Positions 28,436 to 39,388 of a stretch of 64,000 nt of DNA are shown in pieces (position 1 is the stretch's first letter; every line of letters begins with the position of its first letter). The notes beneath the pieces were generated by a model, which saw only the letters and a program-made list of their open reading frames with translations, did no database searches and had not been told where the DNA came from. The stretch is taken from NCBI GenBank assembly GCA_963663225.1, contig OY760142.1, forward strand, positions 640,001 through 704,000, given 5' to 3'. The stretch is from Nitrospirota bacterium (GTDB lineage: Bacteria; Nitrospirota; UBA9217). A program made the translations under genes and the position numbers.

Positions 28436-29332
28436 TCAAGGGACTTTATGTTCGAACAGTTTTTCAAGAAAAGCACGGCAAAGAGGCAAACGGCTTTTCC
28501 CCTTGAGCAAAACGATGAAAAAATTACTTACCAGGGGAAGCTCCTTGATCCGTACTGCCGCCAGATGATTTGTGGCGATATCATTCTGAATCGCCCTGAG
28601 AGAAAGAACTGCGATGCCGAGTCCGGCCTTCACCGCCTGACGGACCGCATCGCTATTGCCTGCTATAACGACCGGATTCAGCTCCGCAAAAGACATTCCT
28701 GCCTCTTCAAGCCGCTCTTCCATAACATGGCGGGAACCCGGTCCTTTTTCGCGCACGATCAGCGGTTCATCCGCCAGTTCTTCCACCGTGACGGTTTTTC
28801 TTTTCACCCATGCATGATCTGCAGGAACGGCAACCACAAGTTCGTCCTGCAGGAACGGGTGGATCTCCAGGCGAGGATCGGTAGAGCGCAAGCCCACAAC
28901 GCCGATGTGCAGATCGCCGGCCAGCACAGACTCGGTCACCCGCGCGCTATTGCCGATTTCAAGGCGAATGAACGCTGACGGATGCTCCTGCTTGAACATT
29001 TTGATAACGGAAGGAAGAACATATCCTCCGGGAATGGAACTTGCGCCGATTCTCAGGCTGCCGGTGACATTTCCGAGAACACCTTCGATTTCCTGCCGGG
29101 TCTGGTCGCGGAGTGTGAGAAACTTCTGTCCGGCACGGTACAACACATCACCTGCTTCCGTGGGGACCACCCGTTTGCCGATCCGGTCGATAAGTTGCAC
29201 TCCGAGTTCGGTCTCGAGGTTTTTGATATGACCGCTCACGGTCGGCTGGGAAAGCCGTAGCATCTTCGCGGCTTTGGAAAAACTGCGGAGTTTTACGAGA
29301 TAATAGAATATTTCGATGTGATGTAAATCCAT
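28436..29332 (-). CDS. LysR-family regulator, CysL-like (copy 2, tandem paralog)
   Basis: MDLHHIEIF...SFSKAAKMLRLSQPTVSGHIKNLE, GASSIPG and VREKGPGSR. Confidence 0.9.
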   Translation of the reverse strand: MDLHHIEIFYYLVKLRSFSKAAKMLRLSQPTVSGHIKNLETELGVQLIDRIGKRVVPTEAGDVLYRAGQKFLTLRDQTRQEIEGVLGNVTGSLRIGASSIPGGYVLPSVIKMFKQEHPSAFIRLEIGNSARVTESVLAGDLHIGVVGLRSTDPRLEIHPFLQDELVVAVPADHAWVKRKTVTVEELADEPLIVREKGPGSRHVMEERLEEAGMSFAELNPVVIAGNSDAVRQAVKAGLGIAVLSLRAIQNDIATNHLAAVRIKELPLVSNFFIVLLKGKSRLPLCRAFLEKLFEHKVP

Positions 29333-29372
29333 GAAAAAACCGGAGTGTAAATTGCGTGCATACCGCTGTACG

Positions 29373-30881
29373 CTACGGTCCTCTTAATTCTTCTTTCTCA
29401 TAGTCTCTCAGAAATTGCGTCAAGAGCCTCACCCCGATGCCCGTAGCGCCTTTTGGCGTATACGGCCGCTCTTTATCGGCCCAGGCCATTGCCGCTATGT
29501 CGAGATGCACCCAGGGATGCTTCTGCACAAATTTGGAAAGCAGCGCCGCAGCGGTAATAACCCCTCCTGCTCGTCCACCGGCATTTTTCATATCCGCAAT
29601 ATCACTCTTGATCAGATCGTAATACTCATCCCACAACGGCAGCTCCCATACGCGCTCCCCGGTTTTTTCCCCGGCTGTGCGCATCCGCGCCTTTAATGCG
29701 TCGCTGGTGCCGAGCATGCCGGTGGCTTCATTTCCCAACGCAATGGAACACGCACCGGTGAGCGTCGCGATGTCTACAATAGCCGCAGGTTTGTACCGGC
29801 ATGCATAGGACAGAGCATCGGAAAGGACCAGTCTTCCCTCCGCATCCGTATTGACGATCTCAATCGTCTGTCCTGACATTGTCCGCAGCACGTCCCCCGG
29901 CTTGTACGCGCGGCCGCCCGGCATATTTTCCGTAGCAGGCAGCAAACCAACGATATTCAGAGGAAGCTTCAATGCTGCAGCCGTCCGCAAGGCACCCAGC
30001 ACGGCAGCCCCTCCGGACATGTCGTCTTTCATCTTGTCCATGTTTTCCGCCGGCTTGATTGAAATGCCACCGGAGTCAAAGGTAATTGTTTTGCCTACCA
30101 ATGCAATGAACGGCTTCTTGCCGCCGCGCCGATATTCAAGAACGATAAACTGGGGTGGCTGCGCGCTGCCGGATGCCACCCCCAGGAGTCCTCCCATGCC
30201 GAACCGCTGCATTTGTTTGCGTTCGAACACCTGGACTTTCAAGCCAAATTCTTTCGCGACCTTTTTCGCCTGTAGGGCAATGGCCGTCGGAGTCATATCG
30301 GCAGGCGGTGCACTCACCAAGTCCCGTGCCATGATGGTTGCATCCGAAATTATTTTTCCAACAGCCGCGCCTTGCCGCAGCCCGCTGATCAGAGCTGGCT
30401 CTCCTGTCACGATGGTACATAGTTCGACAGCACTAGCGGAGCCGTTATCTTTGTCGGTTTTGTATTGCAGGAACCGGTAGAGTCCGAGCATGCTTCCTTC
30501 GACCACGGCCTGGCCCAGCACTTCCGCATCCAGAGCAAGGCCGTCAACAGCGACCGCGATATCCCTTGCTCCGGCCTTTCGCAAAGCAGATGCCGCTTTA
30601 CCCATGGCCTGCCGCAGCCTGTTCTGCGTGAATTCACTTCGCTTGCCCAACCCGGCGAGTACCAGCCGTTCAGCTGCGATCCTGCCGTCTGGATACAGCA
30701 GAGAGACAGCACCGGGCTTCGGTTTAAAATCACCCCGTTTGAGAAGACGCCCGATCATCCCGCCGAGCGCCGAATCCACGCGTCCGGGGACATCTCCCGG
30801 CGTTTCATCATCAAAACACAGAATGACCGCCCCGTTGGTCTTCGTACTCTCTATTGTTCCTGTTGCTACATTGATTTTCAT
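29373..30881 (-). CDS. pepA: leucyl aminopeptidase (M17)
   Basis: VGKTITFDSGG, MKDDMSG, NTDAEGRL and DIATLTGA. Confidence 0.95.
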   Translation of the reverse strand: MKINVATGTIESTKTNGAVILCFDDETPGDVPGRVDSALGGMIGRLLKRGDFKPKPGAVSLLYPDGRIAAERLVLAGLGKRSEFTQNRLRQAMGKAASALRKAGARDIAVAVDGLALDAEVLGQAVVEGSMLGLYRFLQYKTDKDNGSASAVELCTIVTGEPALISGLRQGAAVGKIISDATIMARDLVSAPPADMTPTAIALQAKKVAKEFGLKVQVFERKQMQRFGMGGLLGVASGSAQPPQFIVLEYRRGGKKPFIALVGKTITFDSGGISIKPAENMDKMKDDMSGGAAVLGALRTAAALKLPLNIVGLLPATENMPGGRAYKPGDVLRTMSGQTIEIVNTDAEGRLVLSDALSYACRYKPAAIVDIATLTGACSIALGNEATGMLGTSDALKARMRTAGEKTGERVWELPLWDEYYDLIKSDIADMKNAGGRAGGVITAAALLSKFVQKHPWVHLDIAAMAWADKERPYTPKGATGIGVRLLTQFLRDYEKEELRGP

Positions 30882-31031
30882 ACACACCCACCGCCAAGAA
30901 GAAGCTGCCGCTGTTCACTGTGGCGCACAAGAGTTCTGTCCGCAGCTTCGGGATCTCATCCCAGCCACCATGCTCGTTACAGCCCATCGCACCAAGCTGT
31001 TATTTTCATACGCGATGCAACAGTGTCTGTT

Positions 31032-31259
31032 TTATGCAGATGCTTTCTCTTCCGCCGGCTTCGCCTCGGCTGCCTTCTTCCCGGCCGACTTGTATGCTTT
31101 CGCAGCACGGAGCTTCCGCTGGGCGCGCTTTACTTTCTTGCGGGTCTTGCGCACTTCAGGATCGCTTTTTTTGCCGGCTGTTTTTGTGGATGTTTCCGAT
31201 GCTTTTTGCTTCAACTTTTTAATTTTTTCCTGAAGCGCTTCCTGGTTCACTTTGATCAC
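31032..31259 (-). CDS. small very basic Lys/Ala-rich hypothetical protein
   Basis: AGGAGG RBS before GTG 31259 and an upstream TTGATT-17-TATTAT promoter. Sequence includes VRKTRKKVKRAQRKLRAAKAYK. Confidence 0.7.
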   Translation of the reverse strand: MIKVNQEALQEKIKKLKQKASETSTKTAGKKSDPEVRKTRKKVKRAQRKLRAAKAYKSAGKKAAEAKPAEEKASA

Positions 31260-31413
31260 GGTAAATCCTCCTAAAAAAGGCAAAATGGTCTTCTGGTATT
31301 CCTGTGGTACAAAGACACATAATAGACAAAACTTCCCGCAAAATCAAGAGATTTCATCGCCTCACTCCTGTTCGCTGTTCCTTTTTAAGTAAAAACTGAT
31401 TATAATGCCGCAT

Positions 31414-32088
31414 ATGAAAGGGTTTCTGTTCAACGCGCTGCTGGTCGCGGCTGGAAGCATACTCGGGCTCCTCGTGGGGAAAAAAATTCATTCCGCAGTA
31501 AAAGACGCCGTATTCAACGTCCTCGGATTAGTGACCGCCTTCGTCGGCATAAAAATGAGCCTGAACGGGGGAGACATCATCCCCATCGTCTTTTCGCTGG
31601 TGCTCGGATGCTTCGCTGGAAGCATGATGAGACTTGAAGACCGTTTGCATGGGCAGCTGAACCGTCTGAATGAGTCATATCTTTCCGGAAAATATGATAT
31701 AGAAGGCTTTCTGGTGGCGAGTACGCTTTTTTGCGTAGGGTCCATGATGATCATCGGCTCGCTCAAAGACGGATTGTATAATGACAGCACACTCATCAAA
31801 ACGAAATCAGTTCTTGACGGCTTCGCGGCCTTTGTCTTTGCGTCCCGATACGGGCTTTCCGTACTGTTCTCAGCTCTCACGGTTCTGGTTGTACAGGGCA
31901 CATTAACAGCCTTCTCCAGCGCGCTTACGTTTCTCGCAACAGACCGCATGATGAACAACATCGACGGAGTAGGCGGCATTATCGTTCTTGCCATCGGCCT
32001 GAATCTCTTGAAGCTCAAAACCATAAAAACCATCGACATGCTTCCGGCAATCGTGTTGATAGTTCTGTACGGAATAGGGGTGGGATAG
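31414..32088 (+). CDS. DUF554 family membrane protein
   Basis: GFLVASTLFCVGSM.IIGS..DGL, KSVLDGF and LVVQG motifs. Confidence 0.88.
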   Translation: MKGFLFNALLVAAGSILGLLVGKKIHSAVKDAVFNVLGLVTAFVGIKMSLNGGDIIPIVFSLVLGCFAGSMMRLEDRLHGQLNRLNESYLSGKYDIEGFLVASTLFCVGSMMIIGSLKDGLYNDSTLIKTKSVLDGFAAFVFASRYGLSVLFSALTVLVVQGTLTAFSSALTFLATDRMMNNIDGVGGIIVLAIGLNLLKLKTIKTIDMLPAIVLIVLYGIGVG

Positions 32089-32133
32089 CAGGCAGACTAT
32101 TCCAAACGAAGATATAACTACGAGGAGGAGCAT

Positions 32134-33120
<987 letters not shown>

Positions 33121-33334
33121 TATTCGGCATAGGATGATGACAATACTCTTCTTGAAAAGAACCTGGGATCAATTCCCGGCATGAAATGTATTGCCGAAGT
33201 CAGCTTTCTGTGATAGTATTCATGTGCAACTAATATCTCATCTGCAACCAGCCGCTGATACAACAGGATACACCAGCAAATCTTTCTTGTGAGCGTTCCG
33301 GAAACACGCTTTCAGGAACGCTTGGAGTGTACGC

Positions 33335-36300
33335 ATGCCCTGGCTGCTCCCTTCTGTGATTGCCGCGTTCGTCGGCACCTTCGTTCTAACCATTGTTTAT
33401 TTTTATCTCTACACGCAGGATCGTCAGAAATTCCTCTTGATCTGGACCATCGGCTGGTTCATTTATCTCCTTCGCTATGGATTCATGCTGGTTATGACTC
33501 TGGCGGATGAAGCACTGTTCCTCAACGCAACATATCATCTGATGGCCCTGGCAAGCGGAGTACTGCTTCTCTGGGGAACTTCGCTTTTTATCGGCAAGCC
33601 CTTCAGCAAAACATGGCCGGCAGGGGCCGCTGTGATCGGTGCATGGACCGTGTTGTCCATTATACAAAACGCTCCATCCCTCATGGTGACGCTGCCTGAT
33701 TTTTTCTTCCTCGGCGCACTCTATATATGGAACGGGATACTATTATTACGCACGTACAAGAATCCTGAAGGAAAAGTCGTCGGTGGGACGTTTATTGTTT
33801 GGGGCCTGCATAAAATGGACTACCCGTTCATCCAGCCGGTCACTCAGCTTGCCCCTTGGGGATATCTGCTCTCGGCGATCATTGAACTGTCGGTGGCCAT
33901 CGGCATTCTGGTCGTTTATTTCAAAAAAATGAAGCAGCAGGTGGCTGAAGAGGAAGAACGGTTTAAATCGCTTTTTGAGAACAATTATATCGTCTCGATG
34001 ATTGTTGATCCGGAAAACGGACGCATTGTGGAAGCGAATGCTGCGGCATCAAAATTTTATGGATGGTCCCGCGAGCACTTAACGTCCATGAAAATTACTG
34101 ATATCAATACGCTGTCACCGGATGGAGTCCATGCAGAGCTGAAGGCGGCCAAAAACCACCAACAAAATCGCTTTTTGTTCAAACATCGCAGGGCTGACGG
34201 ATCTATCAGAGACGTTGAAGTTCACAGTGGTCCGATACAGATCCAAGGGAGGACAATCCTGCATTCAACCATCCATGACATCACCGACAGAAAGCGCATC
34301 GAAGACTCGCTCCGGCTGAATGAATTCCGTCTGGCCAGCCTTCTGGAATTGTCGGAAATGTCGGAAAAACCCGAGAAAGAGCTGACCAACTTCGCCTTGG
34401 AGAGGGCCATTGTCCTGACCAAAAGCATGATCGGCTATCTGGCTTTTCTGAACGCTGACGAAACGGTGCTTACAATGTATTCCTGGTCCCGTGTTGCAAT
34501 GCAGGACTGCCGCCTTCTTACGAAACCGATCGACTATCCGCTGACGACCTGCGGACTGTGGGGAGAAGCGGTGCGCCGGAGAAAAGCAGTCATCACAAAC
34601 GATTATCAGGCCCCGAATCCATCGAAAAAAGGGTATCCCGACGGCCATATTCAGATCAGACGCCACATGAACATTCCGCTCTTTGACGGGGACCGAATTG
34701 TTCTCGTCGCGGGCGTCGGCAATAAAGAAGATCCGTATGAAGAAGATGATGTCAAGCAGCTTACGCTGATGATGGACGGGATGTGGAAAATCCTGAAATC
34801 AAACCGGGCAGAGAAAGCGCTCTATGAAAGTGAAGAACGGTTTAAACGCCTCGTCCAAAACACCAGCGATTTAATAACGGTGCTGAACGAACGCGGCATA
34901 CAGATGTCTGTCAGCGGCCCCCTTGAAAAAATACTGGGATATGCGGAGAATGAACTGGTCGGTACCAGCTGTTTCGATCTGATCCACCCCGACAACCTGG
35001 ACTTCACCGTAAAAACGTTCGCCGAAATTGTCATGCAGCCAAGTGCCTCCCGCAGGCTTGAATTCCGCTGCCGTCATAAGAACGGAACCTGGGTGGCCAT
35101 GGAAGCCGTCGCGACCAACCTGCTTTACGACCCGATTGTAAAAGGAATCGTTGTAAACCTCCGGGATATTTCAGAACGAAACAAGTTCCAGGAGCAGCTT
35201 CAGCAGGCGATGAAAATGGAGGCGGTCGGACGGCTGGCTGGCGGGGTCGCGCACGATTTCAATAACCTGCTTACCGCCATCACGGGAAACATCGACCTGG
35301 CCAGGAGAGGACTCCCCGAATTCTGCAGCCTCTCCCCGTATTTGAACGAGGTGAACAAGGCCGCGGACAGCGCCGCTTCATTGACCCACCAGCTGCTTGC
35401 GTTTTCTCGCAAACAGATCATCGAGCCGAAAGTAATAAACTTGAACGCCCTAGTGAAAAATATCGAACAGATACTAGCCAGGATCCTGGGAGAGGACATT
35501 GAACTCCTGACGATTCCGGCCCCGGACCTGGGTTCGGTCAAAGTCGACCCCGGGCAATTTGAACAGGTGCTGATGAACCTTGCAGTCAATGCCCGGGATG
35601 CAATGCCGCACGGAGGCAAGCTCATCATTGAATCGTCCGACATCGTTCTGGATGAAAAATACTGTGCGGTCCATCCACAGGTAACGCCCGGCAAGTTTGT
35701 TCTACTTGTCGTAAGCGATACAGGGCAAGGGATGAATGAAGAAGTAAAAAAACGCCTCTTCGAACCGTTCTTCACCACAAAAGCCCTGGGACAGGGAACC
35801 GGCCTGGGCCTGGCGACCATTCTCGGCGTAATTGAACAGGCAGGCGGCAGCATCGAAGTATATTCGGAAATCGGCAAAGGGACAACGTTCAAAATCTATC
35901 TGCCGCACACCGGAGATGCTCCTGAAAAACCCGCTTCCGGCGTCTCGTCTCCGGACCTGCCCGCGGGAAGCGAAACGATTCTTGTCGTGGAAGATGATGC
36001 GGGCGTTCGTAAAGTCGCGCTGATGATTCTGGATGAGCTGGGGTACCGGCTGTTGCACGCATCCGACGGGCCTGAAGCCATCAGGCTGGCGGAAAGCCAT
36101 GCCGGACAGATTCACCTCTTAATGACTGATGTTGTCATGCCGGGAATGAACGGACGGGAGCTTTCAACGCGGCTGCTTAAGGACCGTCCGGATATGAAAG
36201 TGTTATTCACCTCCGGGTATACCGAAGATGTGATTGTACATCACGGTGTGATCGAAGCAGATCTGAATTTTATCAGTAAGCCCTATCATCCTCGGGCTCT

Positions 36301-36364
36301 GGCCAGAAAAATACGGAACGTATTGGATGCAAAAACAACGGGGTCGAATTCATCGCCGACATAA
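33335..36364 (+). CDS. hybrid sensor histidine kinase (multi-TM, PAS, GAF, PAS, HisKA, HATPase, REC)
   Basis: About 7 N-terminal TM helices, AGGVAHDFNNLL, NLAVNARDAM, GTGLGL and a REC domain (LLMTDVVMP). Confidence 0.92.
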   Translation: MPWLLPSVIAAFVGTFVLTIVYFYLYTQDRQKFLLIWTIGWFIYLLRYGFMLVMTLADEALFLNATYHLMALASGVLLLWGTSLFIGKPFSKTWPAGAAVIGAWTVLSIIQNAPSLMVTLPDFFFLGALYIWNGILLLRTYKNPEGKVVGGTFIVWGLHKMDYPFIQPVTQLAPWGYLLSAIIELSVAIGILVVYFKKMKQQVAEEEERFKSLFENNYIVSMIVDPENGRIVEANAAASKFYGWSREHLTSMKITDINTLSPDGVHAELKAAKNHQQNRFLFKHRRADGSIRDVEVHSGPIQIQGRTILHSTIHDITDRKRIEDSLRLNEFRLASLLELSEMSEKPEKELTNFALERAIVLTKSMIGYLAFLNADETVLTMYSWSRVAMQDCRLLTKPIDYPLTTCGLWGEAVRRRKAVITNDYQAPNPSKKGYPDGHIQIRRHMNIPLFDGDRIVLVAGVGNKEDPYEEDDVKQLTLMMDGMWKILKSNRAEKALYESEERFKRLVQNTSDLITVLNERGIQMSVSGPLEKILGYAENELVGTSCFDLIHPDNLDFTVKTFAEIVMQPSASRRLEFRCRHKNGTWVAMEAVATNLLYDPIVKGIVVNLRDISERNKFQEQLQQAMKMEAVGRLAGGVAHDFNNLLTAITGNIDLARRGLPEFCSLSPYLNEVNKAADSAASLTHQLLAFSRKQIIEPKVINLNALVKNIEQILARILGEDIELLTIPAPDLGSVKVDPGQFEQVLMNLAVNARDAMPHGGKLIIESSDIVLDEKYCAVHPQVTPGKFVLLVVSDTGQGMNEEVKKRLFEPFFTTKALGQGTGLGLATILGVIEQAGGSIEVYSEIGKGTTFKIYLPHTGDAPEKPASGVSSPDLPAGSETILVVEDDAGVRKVALMILDELGYRLLHASDGPEAIRLAESHAGQIHLLMTDVVMPGMNGRELSTRLLKDRPDMKVLFTSGYTEDVIVHHGVIEADLNFISKPYHPRALARKIRNVLDAKTTGSNSSPT

Positions 36365-36725
36365 TGGACCCGGGAAGCATGTATTCACGGCATCGACGAT
36401 TCAAACAAATGTAATTTGCCTCCCGCTCATATGCTCATATTGATGACATATTCTCTGCTTATGGTTTTCCAGACTCCTTGCTAATTACAATTACTCTCGT
36501 CCAAAATCCCGGGTATTTCATCTAAGCGCTGTATTTAATAGATAAAATCTGGTATACTTTCTTTCTACAGCGGACAGCTGGAATGAAAGGCCGAACGGAA
36601 TACTTTCCTGCGATTGTTGCTGCGGACGAAAGCGATAGCATCGCCAGGTGAAGGAAAAAGAAAAATCACGATAATTTTACTAAACGGAGAGCAAAAAGTA
36701 TTTACCAAATTAAGGGAGCAGCTAT

Positions 36726-37721
36726 ATGAGCATAGAACAATATGGAAAGAAAATAGCGCTGCATTTTTATCGGGAAATGAACAAAATCCGATTTTTTGAG
36801 CTGAGCGCGGCGGAGCTGTTCAAGCAAGGATTGTTATCAGGCAATATCCACACCTATGCCGGACAGGAGGCCGTTGCCGTGGGTGCCTGCCAGGCGCTAA
36901 AGCCGACTGACTACATAGCATCCACTCACCGCGGACACGGACATTGTCTGGCAAAAGGAGGCAATCCGGGCAGCATGATGGCGGAGATATTCGGCAAGGC
37001 CACGGGATACTGTAAAGGCAAAGGCGGGTCCATGCACATTGCCGCGGTCAATCTCGGGATTCTGGGCGCCAACGGCATTGTCGGCGCGGGAATTTCCCTC
37101 GCCGCCGGTTCGGCCCTGGCCTCCAAAGCTATGGGTACGGACGAGGTATCTCTTGCTTTTTTTGGCGACGCAGCATCGAACCAGGGCAGTTTTCATGAAG
37201 CGGTCAATATGGCCGCTGTCTGGAAGCTCCCGTGCATTTTTTTATGTGAGAACAATAAATACGGCGTCTCGGTGTCCATCAACCGCGTCTGCAGCGTTGA
37301 AAATATTTCTGACCGTGCAAAGGCATACAATATCCCCGGTGTAATCGTCGACGGGAACAGTGTCTTTGCCGTGTATGAAGCCGTCAGAGCCGCGGCAGAC
37401 CAGGCACGAAAAGGGGGAGGGCCGACCCTGATCGAGTGTGAAACCTACCGGCACCGGGGACATTACGAGGGCGATCCCCAGGCGTACAAATCATCGGAGG
37501 AAATGGAGAAATGGAAGCTGCGGGACCCGATCCTGCTGCTGAAAACCGATATCCTGCAGCAGAGCATCGCCACTCCGGCAGAACTGGATGCTGTTGCTGC
37601 AGAAGTGAAAGCGGAAATTGAGGCGGCCGTGGAATTTGCAAAGCAATCTCCCTATCCGTCAATTGATCAGGCGACAACCGATGTCTATGCGACGGACAAT
37701 GAAAGGAGCGTTGCGAAATGA
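36726..37721 (+). CDS. TPP-dependent dehydrogenase E1 alpha subunit (acetoin/pyruvate DH-like)
   Basis: GQEA, THRGHGH, GKGGSMH, FFGDAA...ENN and TYRHRGH. Confidence 0.92.
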   Translation: MSIEQYGKKIALHFYREMNKIRFFELSAAELFKQGLLSGNIHTYAGQEAVAVGACQALKPTDYIASTHRGHGHCLAKGGNPGSMMAEIFGKATGYCKGKGGSMHIAAVNLGILGANGIVGAGISLAAGSALASKAMGTDEVSLAFFGDAASNQGSFHEAVNMAAVWKLPCIFLCENNKYGVSVSINRVCSVENISDRAKAYNIPGVIVDGNSVFAVYEAVRAAADQARKGGGPTLIECETYRHRGHYEGDPQAYKSSEEMEKWKLRDPILLLKTDILQQSIATPAELDAVAAEVKAEIEAAVEFAKQSPYPSIDQATTDVYATDNERSVAK

Positions 37722-38695
37722 GAACAATCACGTACGGGCAGGCCATCAGCGAGGCCCTGCATGAGGAAATGCTCCGCGATAAAGCGGTGATAATACTGGG
37801 TGAAGACGTGGGTGTCATGGGCAACGTTTTCGGAATTACCAAGGGTTTTATTGAAGAGTTCGGCGCCCAGCGAATGATCGACACGCCCATCTCTGAAGCG
37901 GGCTTTACCGGCATGGCTGTGGGCGCGGCAATGCGGGGACTGCGCCCGGTGGTGGAACTGATGTATGTCGATTTTTCAGCTGTATGCATGGACCCCATCG
38001 TGAACCAGGCGGCTAAAATGCGCTATATGACCGGCGGTCAGGTAAAGATACCCATGGTTGTCCGTGCTCCCGGCGGTGCAGGGCGCAGAAATGCGGCCCA
38101 GCATTCCCAAAGTCTGGAAGGTATTTTCACCCAGTTCCCCGGCCTGAAAGTAGTTACCCCAAGCACTCCCTACGATGCGAAAGGACTTTTAAAAGCAGCA
38201 ATTCGCGATGACGATCCTGTTGTCTTCCTGGAGCACAAGATGCTCTATCGTCAGCAGGGAGAAGTGCCCGCCGAAGAATACGTCATTCCACTTGGAAAAG
38301 CAGATGTCAAAAAAACCGGGGGAGACGTCACGATCATCACTTATTCACGCCAGGTGTCGTTTGCCCTGGAGGCGGCAAAGAAGCTCGCGAATGAGTGGGA
38401 CATTGATGCAGAAGTTGTTGATATCAGGACGCTGGTTCCCCTGGATTGGGAAACGATAGCTGCTTCAATCAAGAAGACGCGTAGAGCGGTCGTGGTGCAG
38501 GAGGCCGTCCAGCGGGGCGGGTATGCGGCGGAAATTATGGCGCAGATCATGGAGCATGCTTTTGATGATCTGGATGCGCCGGTAAAACGGGTCACCGGTC
38601 TGAATACCGTCATTCCCTTCAGCCCGGCGCTCGAAGATCATGTGTATCCCCAGCCAAACGATATCATCGCTGCTGTGAAAGCCATGCTTAGATAG
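37718..38695 (+). CDS. TPP-dependent dehydrogenase E1 beta subunit
   Basis: GEDVG, DTPISE, QHSQS and FLEHK. Start overlaps the alpha-subunit stop. Confidence 0.92.
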   Translation: MRTITYGQAISEALHEEMLRDKAVIILGEDVGVMGNVFGITKGFIEEFGAQRMIDTPISEAGFTGMAVGAAMRGLRPVVELMYVDFSAVCMDPIVNQAAKMRYMTGGQVKIPMVVRAPGGAGRRNAAQHSQSLEGIFTQFPGLKVVTPSTPYDAKGLLKAAIRDDDPVVFLEHKMLYRQQGEVPAEEYVIPLGKADVKKTGGDVTIITYSRQVSFALEAAKKLANEWDIDAEVVDIRTLVPLDWETIAASIKKTRRAVVVQEAVQRGGYAAEIMAQIMEHAFDDLDAPVKRVTGLNTVIPFSPALEDHVYPQPNDIIAAVKAMLR

Positions 38696-38722
38696 CTCGA
38701 GTTGATACAGTTCAGGAACAAT

Positions 38723-38763
38723 AATAAAAGGCGCTGTCTGCAGAAGGCAGCGCCTTTTATATT
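38723..38763. terminator. bidirectional intrinsic terminator
   Basis: ATAAAAGGCGCTG...CAGCGCCTTTTAT between convergent genes. Confidence 0.8.
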
Positions 38764-38779
38764 CGCCACCGTTGTTCTG

Positions 38780-39313
38780 TTATTCTCCTTCAAATTCCGT
38801 CAGAGCAAACACGTTATATCCCTTGTCCAATATCTTCTTCTTTCCGCCGACATCCGGAAGGTCGACAACAAACGCCATCTCCACGACAATGCCGCCCAGC
38901 TTTTCGACAAGCGCCGCCGCGGCCAGCGCAGTGCCGCCGGTAGCAAGAAGATCATCAACCACGATTACCCGTTCGCCTTTTTTCAAGGCATCTTTATGGA
39001 TTTCAATTCTGTCCGTACCGTACTCAAGATCGTATTCCTGCACCACAACCTCAGCCGGGAGCTTGCCTTTCTTCCGGATGGGAATGAACCCTTTTCCCAG
39101 GGTGTACGCAAGCGCTGAACCGATTATAAAACCCCGCGATTCGATTCCCACAATGGTGTCAAAGTTGAAATCCACATTGATGTATCGCTGGGTCAGGTTG
39201 TCGATGACCAGACGGAAACCTACAGGGTCTTTGATAAGTGTCGTTATATCGCGAAACATGATGCCCTTTTTGGGATAATTCGGAATGGTCCTGATTTTCG
39301 ATTTAATAGTCAT
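38780..39313 (-). CDS. apt: adenine phosphoribosyltransferase
   Basis: YPKKGIMFRDIT, GIESRGF, RKKGKLP and VVDDLLATGGT. Confidence 0.96.
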   Translation of the reverse strand: MTIKSKIRTIPNYPKKGIMFRDITTLIKDPVGFRLVIDNLTQRYINVDFNFDTIVGIESRGFIIGSALAYTLGKGFIPIRKKGKLPAEVVVQEYDLEYGTDRIEIHKDALKKGERVIVVDDLLATGGTALAAAALVEKLGGIVVEMAFVVDLPDVGGKKKILDKGYNVFALTEFEGE

Positions 39314-39388
39314 CGTTGCCTCTCCTTATTTTTTTCGGTGGTAACTTGCACAAAACGCATCTGTTCATCCGGTATCGTGTTTCAAAAC

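Noticed and set aside
30977-31009. 10-codon ORF MKITAWCDGL upstream of pepA sharing GTATGAAAAT with the pepA start
   Set aside because: No RBS or attenuator structure, and the 10-nt match is too short to exclude chance.
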